From assembly GCA_965248395.1 (NCBI GenBank), contig OZ252103.1, positions 1,486,155-1,550,154 of the forward strand: a stretch of 64,000 nucleotides of DNA, in the 5' to 3' direction. The notes beneath the pieces were generated by a model that was given only the letters and a program-made list of their open reading frames with translations, was not told where the DNA came from and made no database searches. The position numbers and the translations under genes were made by a program. This DNA comes from a bacterium (GTDB lineage: Bacteria > JAAXHH01). This document shows positions 17,836-28,477 of the stretch, one piece after another; positions within the stretch are counted from its first letter, which is position 1, and each line of letters begins with the position of its first letter.

Positions 17836-19335
17836 ATGCGACAGACGACGCTCTACGCCCATACAAGGTTTCAAATCGCGCCCGTCGACCCGAGAATTTT
17901 CGGAGGATTCCTGGAACACATCGGCAGGGCCGTCTACGAGGGCGTGTACGAACCGGACAGCTCCCACGCTGACGAGGACGGACTCCGGAAGGACGTGCTG
18001 AAGGCGCTGGAACGACAATCCATGACCGTCATGAGGTATCCCGGCGGAAACTTCGCGTCCGGCTACCACTGGATGGACGGCGTGGGCCCGCATAAACTGC
18101 GGCCCACCGTCCGTGAACTCGCCTGGCAGAGCGTCGAGCCGAACGCTTTCGGTACCGACGAATTCATTCGTCTATGCCGCAAAATGAACTGGCAGCCCAT
18201 GCTCACGGTCAACCTCGGAACGGGTTCGCCCGAGGAAGCCAGGAACTGGGTCGAGTACTGCAACTGTCCTTCAGGCACGAGTTACGCCGATATTCGGGTG
18301 GGCAACGGGGCGGATATGCCCTATGACGTCGGCCTGTGGTGCCTGGGCAACGAAATGGACGGCCACTGGCAGCTTGGCCACGTACCGGCGGACCATTACG
18401 CGATACGAGCCCAGCAGGCCGCGAAAATGATGAAGGACGTCGATCGCAGGATCGAACTGGTCGCCTGCGGTTCCTGCTCCGTGGACATGTTCGACACCTA
18501 CATGGAATGGGACCGACAGGTCCTCGACTACCTGGGCGATTACGCCGACTACATCAGCCTGCACCGGTACGTGGGCAACCCGCGGGACGATACACCGGAC
18601 TACCTGGCGGTCACGAACTCCATCGATCGGCAGATCGAGGAGATGGACGCGGTATGCCGGTTCATCCAGGCCAGGCGAAGAAGCCCCAAACGCACGTACC
18701 TGTGTTTCGACGAATGGAACGTCTGGTACAAGAACCACGAAACGGACGGCGAGGGCAAATTCGCGCCGCACCTGGTGGAAGAGGTCTACAATCTCGAAGA
18801 CGCCCTCGTCGTCGCCGGGTTCCTGAACAGTTTCGTACGCCACGCCGATTCGGTCCGGATCGCGAACATCGCCCAGATCGTCAACGTCATCGCCCCGCTC
18901 CTCACCAGGGGCGACGATCTGCTCGTACAGTCCATATTCCACCCCTTCACGATGTACGCGCAGCGCCGCGAAGGCACGGCGCTCCGCATCTGCGTGGATG
19001 GCGCGAGCTACAAAAGCGAGAGCTACGGACGGGCGAACTACATCGACGCCGCCATGATACAGGACGACTTTAAACTGCACGTATTCGTCACGAACCGCAG
19101 CGCGAACACCGCCGCGCCCCTGCGCATCATACTCGAAGACCGGCCGATCGAGTCCCTGGCCAGCGCCGAGATCCTCACCGGGGGCGAAGATCCAAAGGCC
19201 GCTAACACGTTCGAGCAGCCCGACCTGGTCGACAAGAGGCCCTACGACCAGATCAAGGTCGCAGGAGGCAGGGTACAGTGCTTCCTGCCCCCGCTCGCCT
19301 TCGCGGCGATGACCTTCGAACTCGAGAAATGGTAG
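17836..19335 (+). CDS. abfA: GH51 alpha-L-arabinofuranosidase
   Basis: Motifs IFGGFLEHIGRAVYEG, RYPGGNFASGYHWMDGVGP, WCLGNEMDGHWQLGH and FDEWNVWY match the GH51 catalytic core. Confidence 0.85.
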   Translation: MRQTTLYAHTRFQIAPVDPRIFGGFLEHIGRAVYEGVYEPDSSHADEDGLRKDVLKALERQSMTVMRYPGGNFASGYHWMDGVGPHKLRPTVRELAWQSVEPNAFGTDEFIRLCRKMNWQPMLTVNLGTGSPEEARNWVEYCNCPSGTSYADIRVGNGADMPYDVGLWCLGNEMDGHWQLGHVPADHYAIRAQQAAKMMKDVDRRIELVACGSCSVDMFDTYMEWDRQVLDYLGDYADYISLHRYVGNPRDDTPDYLAVTNSIDRQIEEMDAVCRFIQARRRSPKRTYLCFDEWNVWYKNHETDGEGKFAPHLVEEVYNLEDALVVAGFLNSFVRHADSVRIANIAQIVNVIAPLLTRGDDLLVQSIFHPFTMYAQRREGTALRICVDGASYKSESYGRANYIDAAMIQDDFKLHVFVTNRSANTAAPLRIILEDRPIESLASAEILTGGEDPKAANTFEQPDLVDKRPYDQIKVAGGRVQCFLPPLAFAAMTFELEKW

Positions 19336-19409
19336 GCCGCGGCGAAGCGTGTCGTGGCCCTTTTGCGCCGCGTCCGGACTGACAGGCGCAACTACGTCCC
19401 ATCCTTCCC

Positions 19410-20753
19410 ATGCCAAAATTTTCAGCATCCAAAAAACTGTCCCGCCGGAACATCCTGAAAATCGGCGGCGGCGCCCTGCTCGGTGCGGCCGTACTCGGTT
19501 GCGGTAATCGCGACGATCGGAAGCCACTGCGATTCATGACGGCCCTGACCCGGGAGAAGCACCGTTCCCTGGAACCGCTGATCGCCGAGTTTTCCGAGAT
19601 CCATCCCGGCATCCGCATCGAACACGTCAAGGTGCCCTGGGACCAGGCCCACTCGAAGTATATCACCTCCATGCTGGGGGGCGATCCCCCCGACGTCATG
19701 TCGATTTCCAGTTGGTGGATGGCCGAGTTCCGCGCCATGGGCGCCCTCGAGGACCTGAGGCCCTGGGCCAGCGACTGGCCCCATCTCCAGGGCTACACGG
19801 AAAACGTGCGGCGCTTCACCCGGTCGACGATGGCGTTCGACGGCGACCAGGTCTTCGGCCTGCCCGCGGAAGTGGCCGTCCGATCCATGTTCTACAGACG
19901 TGAATGGCTCGATGAACACGGACTGGCGCCCGCCGAAACGCGCGAGGAGTGGCGCGCGCTGCTCGAGAAGATCACGGACCCGGGCCGGCAGCGTTACGGA
20001 TATGCCTTCCGGGGAGCCCGGGGCGGTTTCTACAGCTGGTGGGCCATCGCCCAGGAATACGCCGGGTCCAACGCCTGGTTCGACCAGGATCAACGGTGTA
20101 TCATCAACGGTCCGGACCACGTGGCGGGGTTGTCGTACTGGAACGACCTGTACCAGGACGGTCTCGTGCCGCCCGATTCGCTGAACTGGGGGTTCAACGA
20201 GCTGGTGCAGGGATTCTGGTCGGATCTCTGCGGGACGATGGAGCAGGACCCGGAGGTGGTCCGCACCTGCCTGGAGCACGGGTTGAACGAGGATACCCTC
20301 GCCATCACCATCATGCCCGCGGGACCGAAGGCCCGCGTGGCCCTGGCCGACGGCGGATACATGTCCATGTCTTCGGGATCCCGCCACAAGGACGAAGCCT
20401 GGACGTTTCTGAGCTGGTTGATGGCGCCCGAACAGCGGTTTCGGTACTGCAAGGACGTCAACATGATCCCGCCCTTCGCGGACGCCATGAATGACCCCGC
20501 CTTCGGGCAGGGACTCTACCGTTCTTTCATGGAAATGGTCACCGACCCTTCCATACTCCAGAACTGGTATCCCAACTACCTGCCGGAAATGGGCGAGTTT
20601 CTCGAGGTGCGTGTTACCGAGGAGCACCAGAAAATGCTGCTGAAGAGACAGTCGCCGCAGGAGACGCTTGACCGCCTGGCCGATTTCATGACGCGGGCGC
20701 AGAAGAAGTACGTGGACCGGCACGGTCCGGACACGCCGCGGCCGCCGGCGTAG
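19410..20753 (+). CDS. ABC transporter sugar-binding lipoprotein (family 1 SBP)
   Basis: Signal SRRNILKIGGGALLGAAVLGCG (Tat-like plus lipobox) and an SBP_bac_1-like body. Paralog of the next gene. Confidence 0.85.
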   Translation: MPKFSASKKLSRRNILKIGGGALLGAAVLGCGNRDDRKPLRFMTALTREKHRSLEPLIAEFSEIHPGIRIEHVKVPWDQAHSKYITSMLGGDPPDVMSISSWWMAEFRAMGALEDLRPWASDWPHLQGYTENVRRFTRSTMAFDGDQVFGLPAEVAVRSMFYRREWLDEHGLAPAETREEWRALLEKITDPGRQRYGYAFRGARGGFYSWWAIAQEYAGSNAWFDQDQRCIINGPDHVAGLSYWNDLYQDGLVPPDSLNWGFNELVQGFWSDLCGTMEQDPEVVRTCLEHGLNEDTLAITIMPAGPKARVALADGGYMSMSSGSRHKDEAWTFLSWLMAPEQRFRYCKDVNMIPPFADAMNDPAFGQGLYRSFMEMVTDPSILQNWYPNYLPEMGEFLEVRVTEEHQKMLLKRQSPQETLDRLADFMTRAQKKYVDRHGPDTPRPPA

Positions 20754-20811
20754 TGTTACAGGTCAGCAAAACAGGTCAGCTGCCTCAGGTCAGCGAAAAA
20801 GGTTCGACACG

Positions 20812-22161
20812 ATGCGTCATATCGCGAAATCCGAATACCTTACCCGCCGCGATGTGTTGCGGCTCGGCGGCACGTCCCTTGCGGGCGCGGCCGTGCTCGG
20901 ATGCGGGGGCGGGGATGACCGCCGGACCGTCACGCTCTTCAGCCCGATGGGCGAGGTGAAGAACCGCGCTCTTGCCGATCAGATCGACCGCTTCATGGCC
21001 CTGCGGGACGATATCCGCGTGGAACTGATTCCCGTTCCGTGGGACCAGGGCCACGCCAAGCTGCTGACCATGATCGCCGGCGGCAATCCGCCCGACCTGA
21101 TCACGGCGACCGGCCAGTGGATGGCCGAATTCCGGGCAATGGGCGCCATTGAGGACCTGACGTCCTGGTACCGGTCGTGGCCCCATCGCGACGCTTTTAC
21201 GAGGACGTGCCTGCTCCGGTGCGAGAGCAGCACGGCCATAGAGAACGGCCGGGTCTATGGACTGCCGCTGGAACTGACTACGCGGGTCATGTTCTACCGC
21301 AAACGATGGCTGGATGAACACGGACTGGAACCCGCCGCGACACGGGCCGACTGGCGCGCGTTGCTGGAACGGTTCACCGACCGGGGCAGGAACCGGTACG
21401 GATACGCCCTGCGCGGCGCCAGGGGCGGTTTCTGGACGTGGTGGCCCATGCTGGAGGAGTTCTCCGGCACGAACGAATGGTTCGACGGGGACAACAACTG
21501 CATGATCAACAGCCCGGATCACGTGGAAGGGCTGGCCTATTGGAACGACATATACCGGGACGGCCTGGCGCCGGCGGACTCGGTGAACTGGGGATACAAC
21601 GAACTGGTGCAGGGTTTCTGGTCCGGTATCTGCGGGTGCATTGAACAGGACCCCGAAGTGGTGCGCACCTGCCTCGAACATGGCATGGACGAATCGACCC
21701 TGGCCACGGCCGTCATGCCCGCCGGTCCCCGCGCCCACGTGGCTTCCAACGACATCTGGATCCTTTCCATCTCGGCCGGCGCCCGGAACCCGGACGGGGC
21801 CCTGGCTTTTTACGAGTGGATGATGTCGCCGGAACAGCTCATCGCCTACAGCAAGGATGCGAGCGTGCTGCCGACGGTGAAGCAGGGCATGGACGACCCC
21901 TATTTCGGCCAGGGATTTCTCAGGCCGTTCATGGACATGGCCACCGACGAGAAACTCCTGCAGAACTGGTACCCGAGCTACCTGCCGGAAATGGGCGAGT
22001 TCATCGAGGTGCTGGTCACCGAAGAACAGCAGAAGGTGCTCCTCGGCAGGCAATCGCCGCGGGAAATGCTCGACCGGCTGGCCGTTTTCCTGGACCGGGC
22101 CCAGAAGCGTTACGTGGACCGCCACGGTCCCGACACGCCCCGGCCGCCGGGAACCACGTAA
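20812..22161 (+). CDS. ABC transporter sugar-binding lipoprotein (paralog)
   Basis: TRRDVLRLGGTSLAGAAVLGCG signal. Collinear similarity to 19410..20753 along the whole length. Confidence 0.85.
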   Translation: MRHIAKSEYLTRRDVLRLGGTSLAGAAVLGCGGGDDRRTVTLFSPMGEVKNRALADQIDRFMALRDDIRVELIPVPWDQGHAKLLTMIAGGNPPDLITATGQWMAEFRAMGAIEDLTSWYRSWPHRDAFTRTCLLRCESSTAIENGRVYGLPLELTTRVMFYRKRWLDEHGLEPAATRADWRALLERFTDRGRNRYGYALRGARGGFWTWWPMLEEFSGTNEWFDGDNNCMINSPDHVEGLAYWNDIYRDGLAPADSVNWGYNELVQGFWSGICGCIEQDPEVVRTCLEHGMDESTLATAVMPAGPRAHVASNDIWILSISAGARNPDGALAFYEWMMSPEQLIAYSKDASVLPTVKQGMDDPYFGQGFLRPFMDMATDEKLLQNWYPSYLPEMGEFIEVLVTEEQQKVLLGRQSPREMLDRLAVFLDRAQKRYVDRHGPDTPRPPGTT

Positions 22162-22172
22162 TCCATCACGCC

Positions 22173-23054
22173 ATGAAAAAAGCCGAACCCTACCTGCTCC
22201 TGATGCCCGCCTACCTGCTCATCGGGGGATTCATGTTCTACCCCATGGCCACGGTATTCCTGCTTTCGCTGCGGGAATACCAGCTCATGGATCCGCTCAA
22301 CACCCCCTTCGTCGGGTTGAAGCAATACGGCATCATGTTGGGGGACGAGTACTTCTGGCGGAGTCTCCGGCATTCGATGGTCTGGGTGGTCGTGTCGCTT
22401 TTCTTCCAGTTCCTGTTCGGATTCTGCCTGGCGCTGCTGCTCAACAGCACGCGGTTCAGGGGCAAGGGGATTTTCCAGGCCATTGTTTTCGCGCCGTGGG
22501 CGGTATCGGGCTTCCTGATCGCCATCATATGGGCATGGCTGCTCAACGGTGAATTCGGACTGGTCAACGACCTGCTCATCCGGTTCGGGTTGCTGGACCA
22601 GAAGGTCGGGTTCCTGTCGCGCGGGGAAACGGCCCTCCTCTCCTGCGTGCTGGCCAATATCTGGTTCGGCGTCACCTTTTTCGCCGTCATGCTCTTCGCC
22701 GCGCTGCAGGCCATCCCGCCGAACCTGTACGAAGCGGCCGACATGGACGGCGCCACGGCCTGGCAGTCCTTCTGGCGCGTCACGGCGCCCATGGTAAAAC
22801 CGGCCATCGTCATCACCATTCTCCTCCGAGCGATCTGGATATTCAACTGGGCGGACCTGATCTGGGTTATGACCGGGGGCGGTCCGGCCGGGACGTCCCG
22901 CACGCTGGCCCTCTACGTTTTCCAGAAGGCCTTCCTGGGGCTGGACTTCGGATATTCAGCGGCCCTGGGGGTGGCGCTGACGGCGGTTTCCCTGATCTTC
23001 ACCGCCATTTTCCTTCGCGCTACGAGGTTTTACGGCGACCAGGCCGCGATATGA
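22173..23054 (+). CDS. carbohydrate ABC transporter permease (MalF/UgpA-like)
   Basis: Begins MKKAEPYLLLMPAYLLIGGFMFYP. EAA-loop region AADMDGATAWQSFWRVTAP. The track ORF (21816) extends upstream into the SBP gene; I prefer the ATG at 22173. Confidence 0.85.
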   Translation: MKKAEPYLLLMPAYLLIGGFMFYPMATVFLLSLREYQLMDPLNTPFVGLKQYGIMLGDEYFWRSLRHSMVWVVVSLFFQFLFGFCLALLLNSTRFRGKGIFQAIVFAPWAVSGFLIAIIWAWLLNGEFGLVNDLLIRFGLLDQKVGFLSRGETALLSCVLANIWFGVTFFAVMLFAALQAIPPNLYEAADMDGATAWQSFWRVTAPMVKPAIVITILLRAIWIFNWADLIWVMTGGGPAGTSRTLALYVFQKAFLGLDFGYSAALGVALTAVSLIFTAIFLRATRFYGDQAAI

Positions 23055-23064
23055 GGAAGGGTAG

Positions 23065-23898
23065 ATGATCAGACCGGGACCATGGTATCGCCTGCTTCAA
23101 GCCGCCGGACTGAGCGCGTTTTTTCTTTTCGCGGTATTCCCCGTGTACTGGATGGTGGTCACGTCCCTGACGCCCGAAAAGGACCTCTTCGTCTGGCCCC
23201 TGCGGTATTTCCCGGCGGCGCCCACGCTGGAACACTACGCCGCGGCCTTTCTGCGCACCGACATCCCCCGGTTCTTTACCAACAGCCTCATGGTCGCCAG
23301 CCTGGCCTCCGCCTGCACGCTGACCGTGTCCGTCCTGGGAGGCTACGCCCTCGCGCGCTACCGGTTCCGGGGACGCCAGGTCACGCTGCTGTTGTTCCTG
23401 GCGACCCAGATGATGCCGGTGGTGGTGCTCATCGTCCCCCTCTTCATCATTTTCAGGATGCTCGGCCTGCTGAACACGCTCTACAGCCTGATGATCGTGT
23501 ATACCGTGCTGAACATCCCTTTCTGCACGCTCATGATGCAGGGATTCTTCGCTGGCGTCCCTTCGGAACTGGAGGAAGCCGCGATGGTGGACGGATGCAA
23601 CCGGATGGGGGCGATCCTGCGCGTGGCCGTGCCGCTGACCCGTCCCGGCCTGATCGCGACCTTCCTCTTCGCCTTCATCGGCGCGTGGAACGAACTGCTT
23701 TTCGCGGTGATGTTCCTGAACTCGGAGTCCACCTTCACCCTGCCCGTCGGCCTGTACAACTTCATCAGCAAGTACGACATCCACTGGGGTCGCATGATGG
23801 CCGGCGCAACCCTGGCCCTGCTTCCGGCCCTGGCCGTGTTCGCCTTCGTTCAGCGTTACATGGTGCGTGGACTGGCATTGGGCGCCGTTAAAGGCTAA
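23065..23898 (+). CDS. carbohydrate ABC transporter permease (MalG/UgpE-like)
   Basis: FPVYWMVVTSL... and EAA loop EEAAMVDGCNRMGAILRVAVP. Confidence 0.85.
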   Translation: MIRPGPWYRLLQAAGLSAFFLFAVFPVYWMVVTSLTPEKDLFVWPLRYFPAAPTLEHYAAAFLRTDIPRFFTNSLMVASLASACTLTVSVLGGYALARYRFRGRQVTLLLFLATQMMPVVVLIVPLFIIFRMLGLLNTLYSLMIVYTVLNIPFCTLMMQGFFAGVPSELEEAAMVDGCNRMGAILRVAVPLTRPGLIATFLFAFIGAWNELLFAVMFLNSESTFTLPVGLYNFISKYDIHWGRMMAGATLALLPALAVFAFVQRYMVRGLALGAVKG

Positions 23899-23941
23899 GG
23901 CAGGAAGACGGGCTGTCGGGGTACTTCGAGGTATTGCGCGA

Positions 23942-24742
23942 TCAGGGCAGGAGGAGCGGTCGGACCCAGACGAGGTAAACCTGGTCGCCGGACCGGATCG
24001 CCTGGTGTTCGGACAGCAGCAGGTAGGCTTCACGGGCGGATGGTCCGGAAAGCGTCCGGTATCCACGGGGGCGTTTCCCCTTCACCTCCGCCAGGTCTAT
24101 CGAATCAATCGGCCATTCCACGGCCTTGTCGGACTGGTCCGCCATGTACCGGGGAAGCTTCTGCACGGCGATCTCGACGCGGTCAGGGACGAATGGCGCG
24201 ACGTCGGGATGGGTAAACTCGACCAGGAAGTTGTTGAACTTGTAAAAGGCGTTCCAGGCCGGCGCGATGAGACTGTTGTCGGAACGGGCTTTGAGCATCC
24301 CGGTCGAGTAGGTATGCAGGCTCGCCGGGGTGTGCAGCCCGATCCATATGGTCACCTTGTTATTGTTTTCCCGATAGGGTTCTTCTATACTCCTGGCGTA
24401 GGGCAGTTCGTTCTCGAGCCATTCGTTCGTAAGACTCGACAGCCCGAAGCTGCTCTGCATGGTCAGATACAGCTTGATCCGGTCCTCGCCGCTCAGCTGG
24501 ACCTGCCGGTAGCCCTTTTTGAAATCGTCATCCCGGAACACGACAAGTCCTTCTTCGTAGATCACGATCTGCGGCGTTCGGGAAAGAAACACCTCGTGGA
24601 CGGTGGTCGATGCCCGGACCAGTTTGCGCCAGATGGCCGGGTTGTTCTCGGCCCCGTGGACCGCGGCGGGCGGACAGAAGCCCGCCAGTATGATCAGTAC
24701 CAGGAAGGTGAAGTTCCTGAGGGCGTCGTGGCTTCTTTTCAT
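23942..24742 (-). CDS. hypothetical secreted protein
   Basis: N-terminal signal peptide (FTFLVLIILAGFCPPAAVHGA). No recognisable motif. Coding-like composition. Confidence 0.5.
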   Translation of the reverse strand: MKRSHDALRNFTFLVLIILAGFCPPAAVHGAENNPAIWRKLVRASTTVHEVFLSRTPQIVIYEEGLVVFRDDDFKKGYRQVQLSGEDRIKLYLTMQSSFGLSSLTNEWLENELPYARSIEEPYRENNNKVTIWIGLHTPASLHTYSTGMLKARSDNSLIAPAWNAFYKFNNFLVEFTHPDVAPFVPDRVEIAVQKLPRYMADQSDKAVEWPIDSIDLAEVKGKRPRGYRTLSGPSAREAYLLLSEHQAIRSGDQVYLVWVRPLLLP

Positions 24743-24943
24743 TTTGCTGTTATCACTTTTCGATATGTATGCGATGCAACCGTTGTAACCGATCCATGAA
24801 CGAGGGAAAGCGGAGTTTTCACAAGCAGCGCAAGTGGCGATGTCCCGCCTGTGGACGCGTTCGGTTTCAGCCGAACAGGCCCAGGCACCGGTACGCGAAA
24901 CGCCGCCGCGGGGTTTGAATGGCGGAATGGCCGCCCGGGCGGG

Positions 24944-25855
24944 TCACCCGCCCAATCGCTTCGCGTAGTCCTCGTAGATCGACCGGTGCGCGGGATCCAT
25001 TTCCATGAGTATGTCGTAGACTTCCGTGGATGATTCCGTACTGAAGACGTCCGACAGTTGCAGGTAGTGGGCGTTCAGGAAATCCTGAAGACGCTCGTCC
25101 CGCGGATTCTTTTCGTACTGTTCGGCCATGATGTCCACGGCCTGGCGGCAGAGCGCCATGGACTCGACCAGCTTGTTTTCCCGTTGTGCCGCCAATCCCC
25201 GGTAATACCGGTTCCTGATCAGGCGGTGGGGTTTGTAATCTTCGGCCAGAATGCCGTCGATCAGGTCCAGCCGCTCGTCCCACCCCCGCTGAAACTCCCG
25301 GCTGAACCGGCCGTCCAGGGCGATGGCATTGGCGCGCTGGAAGTGTCTGTCTCCGCCGAATTCGGTGTACTTGTCCAGCTCGTGCCCGATCATGATATGG
25401 ACGTAGTAATCGATCAGCCAGGTCAGCGCGTGAAACTGCTGATCGTCGTGCTGGAGCAAATCCTCCCGCTCGTATTCGAATAACCACCAACGGTCCAGGT
25501 ACTTCAGGTCGGTACCGCTGTAGACGGTCAGGCGCGAGCCGTACTGGGTCTTGACCGCGCTGCCCAGGAAGGCCAGAATCGCTTCGATTCCCACGTGTAC
25601 CGGTTCGGACAGATCTTCCTGCAACCAGTCCCATTCCTCAATGTAATCGGTGAGCACGAAGTCGAAGTCGGCCATCCGCTCTCGGTGCAGGATGGGCAGC
25701 GCTTCCAGGTGAACCATGATTTCGGCTTTCACCTGCTGCCCGGAGGCGTCCAGCGCGGAAAACATCAGGAGGCAGAGAGAAAGCACGCCTGCCGACTTCC
25801 ACGTGGCTTTCCGCGTTGTCCCGCAATGATACGGATCCATCACACCTACTCCCAT
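24944..25855 (-). CDS. DUF4835-like protein
   Basis: Signal-like N-terminus. The central region LIDYYVHIMIGHELDKYTEFGGDRHFQRANAIA...GWDERLDLIDGILAEDYKPHRLIRNRYYRGL resembles, from memory, the DUF4835 family common in Bacteroidota-related phyla. Confidence 0.5.
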   Translation of the reverse strand: MGVGVMDPYHCGTTRKATWKSAGVLSLCLLMFSALDASGQQVKAEIMVHLEALPILHRERMADFDFVLTDYIEEWDWLQEDLSEPVHVGIEAILAFLGSAVKTQYGSRLTVYSGTDLKYLDRWWLFEYEREDLLQHDDQQFHALTWLIDYYVHIMIGHELDKYTEFGGDRHFQRANAIALDGRFSREFQRGWDERLDLIDGILAEDYKPHRLIRNRYYRGLAAQRENKLVESMALCRQAVDIMAEQYEKNPRDERLQDFLNAHYLQLSDVFSTESSTEVYDILMEMDPAHRSIYEDYAKRLGG

Positions 25856-26068
25856 GGGACCGGGTCCCTTCCGTCCGGGTCGTCTTCCGTCGGGAAACTA
25901 ATCGCGGGAGCGCGGGATGTCAAGCCCATCCGGCGCGGCCGGAACCACTGGGATCCCGTCGGTGCGAGCCTTGACACCCGCCTCGCCTGGCTGTATTTTC
26001 CCCGTCCATAGTGTTTGACGGCACGATTGAGAAACCCGGAGTGCGTGCGGTGAGCCGATTTCCGCACG

Positions 26069-27799
26069 GTGGACCGGTACATGTTCGCGCAATCTATCGC
26101 GCAGACCCTCGCCCGCGAACGCGGGACCCTATACAAGAAGACCGGCGGGAAGGCCGTCCGGATCGCCCTGGTGTATCCGAATACCTACTACCTGGGCATG
26201 TCCAACCTGGGGTTTCAGACCATCTACCGGCATCTGAACGAACGGGACGACGTCGTTTGCGAACGGGCTTTTCTCCCGGATCCTTCCGACTTGGAAGACC
26301 TGGCCAGGTCCCGCCAGCCCCTGGTCACCCTGGAATCCGGCAGACCCCTCAACAAGTGCGACATCGTGGCCTTTTCCATTTCCTTCGAGAACGACTACCC
26401 GAACCTGGTCCGCATCCTGGAGCTCTCCCGCATACCCGTTTTCGCGGAAGACCGGACGCACTTCGACCCGATCGTACTGATCGGAGGCGCGATCACCTAT
26501 ATCAACCCGGAGCCGCTGGCGGATTTTGCCGACGTGATGGTCATCGGAGACGGTGAAGAGGCCGCCTATGCGTATCTCGACTGCTACATCGAGGACCAGG
26601 GGCTGGAACGGGAGCGGCATCTTGCCCGGACCATGGCGCTGCAAGGTATGTACGTGCCGTCCCTGCAGTCGACTTCCACCGGGGATCGCGGCCCGCCCGA
26701 TCAGATCTCCAAGCAGCAGGTGACTTCCTTCGAGGACTACCCCGCCCATTCCGCCGTGCTGACCCCCGACACGGAATTCGGTGACATGCTGCTGATCGAG
26801 ATCTCCCGCGGGTGTCCCAGACGGTGCCGATTCTGCGCCGTGAGCTACGTTTATCCCAAGTTCCGCGCCCTCAAGCCCGGTACCATACTCGACGTGATCC
26901 GGACGAAGGAAGAATTCCTGGCGCGCGAGGGCAAGGAGGGACTGAAGGCGGTCGGACTGGTGAGTTCGGCCATGTGCGACTATCCCTACCTGGACGAACT
27001 CTGCGCGGGCCTCGAAGAAACAGGGCTTCGCGTGGGGGTTTCGTCGGTACGGGTCGACCTGATCCCGGACAGCCTGCTGCGCCTGATGCTGAAGACGGGA
27101 CTGCGCACCATGACGATCGCGCCGGAGGCCGGATCGGAGCGGCTTCGCAAGGCGATCAACAAGCCGATTTCCTCTGATGAGATCCTGACCGGCGCCCGAA
27201 GGATACTCGAGAAGGGCATCAAGCATCTCAAGGTATACTACATGGTCGGGCTGCCGACGGAAACCGACGCGGATATAGAGGAACTGATCGAGATGACGCG
27301 CCACCTGGCCCAACTGCAGCGGGAGTGCGGGGAGCCGGGCGGCCGGTTGAGATTGAGCATAAACCCCTTCGTGCCGAAGGCGCTGACCCCCTTTCAGTGG
27401 AGTCCCATGGCGTCTCCGCGTGAGGTCAAGCGCAAGCTGAACCGGATCAAGAAGGTCCTGCGCGGCACCCCCGGGGTCGACGTCAAGCACGAAAGCCTGA
27501 AGTCGGCGTACTTCGAGGGCATACTCTCCCGGGGCGGCAGGGAGCTGAGCGCCTTTCTGATGGAAACCGTCCGGCAGGACGGCGACTGGAAACGCGCCGC
27601 GGCGGAAACGGGAATGGATACCTCGCTTTATCTCGGGGACATGGCGGACCGGCAGTCGCTGCCCTGGGATTTCATATCCAACGAAAAGGAACACCATCGG
27701 CTCCAGTGGGAGTACCGGAAGAGTCACAATCTGCCCTATCGAGAACGACAGGACGCGTCCTGTGAAAACCGCGTGGAAGCATTGAAATCCGCGGTCTGA
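26069..27799 (+). CDS. radical SAM protein with N-terminal B12-binding-like domain
   Basis: CxxxCxxC cluster motif EISRGCPRRCRFCAVSY. N-terminal VRIALVYPNTYYLGMSNLGFQ is typical of the uncharacterised rSAM family. GTG start at 26069 (alternative ATG at 26081). Confidence 0.8.
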   Translation: MDRYMFAQSIAQTLARERGTLYKKTGGKAVRIALVYPNTYYLGMSNLGFQTIYRHLNERDDVVCERAFLPDPSDLEDLARSRQPLVTLESGRPLNKCDIVAFSISFENDYPNLVRILELSRIPVFAEDRTHFDPIVLIGGAITYINPEPLADFADVMVIGDGEEAAYAYLDCYIEDQGLERERHLARTMALQGMYVPSLQSTSTGDRGPPDQISKQQVTSFEDYPAHSAVLTPDTEFGDMLLIEISRGCPRRCRFCAVSYVYPKFRALKPGTILDVIRTKEEFLAREGKEGLKAVGLVSSAMCDYPYLDELCAGLEETGLRVGVSSVRVDLIPDSLLRLMLKTGLRTMTIAPEAGSERLRKAINKPISSDEILTGARRILEKGIKHLKVYYMVGLPTETDADIEELIEMTRHLAQLQRECGEPGGRLRLSINPFVPKALTPFQWSPMASPREVKRKLNRIKKVLRGTPGVDVKHESLKSAYFEGILSRGGRELSAFLMETVRQDGDWKRAAAETGMDTSLYLGDMADRQSLPWDFISNEKEHHRLQWEYRKSHNLPYRERQDASCENRVEALKSAV

Positions 27800-27858
27800 G
27801 TCCGGGCGCCGAGGCTGGAACCATTCCACCCAATTCCCAGAGCCAGTGGAGGAAGAAG

Positions 27859-28476
27859 ATGCGGAAAACAGGTCTCCTAACGGCCGTTTTTGCCCTTGTG
27901 TTTTTCGCCGCGTCCTGCGGCGAGACTAACGAACAACCCAAAAACAGTGGAGAACCCGAAAACATGATGATCATCGAAACCAACCTGGGTACCATTACCT
28001 GCGAACTGTTTCCGGACAAGGCGCCCATGACCGTGGACGTCATCTCCGGACTGGCCGATGGCTCGCGGGAATGGACCCACCCGGAAACCGGTCAGACCAT
28101 GACCGCCACGCCCTACTATGACGGCGTGGTATTTCACCGGGTTATTCCCAATTTCATGATACAGACCGGCGATCCGACCGCGTCCGGACGCGGCGGACCG
28201 GGATTCCAGTTCGACGATGAATTCCACGAAGAGCTACTATTCGACCAGCCCGGCAGGCTGGCCATGGCGAACAGCGGCCCCAATACCAACGGCGGACAGA
28301 TATTCATCACGGTGGCGCCCACGCCCCACCTGAACCATATGCATACCATCTTCGGGCAGGTCGTGGAGGGACAGGACGTGGCCGACGCCATATCCGAGGT
28401 TCCCGCGGTGCAGGCCAGACCGAATGAAGAGGTCAGCATCACCCGGGTGACCGTGGTCAGAAGGGAGGTCGAGTAA
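27859..28476 (+). CDS. cyclophilin-type peptidyl-prolyl isomerase, lipoprotein
   Basis: GGAGGA RBS and lipobox FFAASC. Motifs FHRVIPNFMIQTGDP, GGPGFQFDDEF, LAMANSGPNTNGGQIFIT. Confidence 0.9.
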   Translation: MRKTGLLTAVFALVFFAASCGETNEQPKNSGEPENMMIIETNLGTITCELFPDKAPMTVDVISGLADGSREWTHPETGQTMTATPYYDGVVFHRVIPNFMIQTGDPTASGRGGPGFQFDDEFHEELLFDQPGRLAMANSGPNTNGGQIFITVAPTPHLNHMHTIFGQVVEGQDVADAISEVPAVQARPNEEVSITRVTVVRREVE

Positions 28477-28477
28477 A

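Noticed and set aside
21816-22172. N-terminal 119-aa extension of the MalF-like permease ORF
   Set aside because: It overlaps the 3' end of the second SBP gene in another frame and is Arg/Pro/Gly-rich. The canonical permease N-terminus MKKAEPYLLL starts at 22173.
24860-24943. GC-rich hairpin-like sequences downstream of the DUF4835-like gene as a terminator
   Set aside because: The stems are short (5-6 bp), with either a 2-nt loop or no following U-tract on the relevant strand. This is not convincing.
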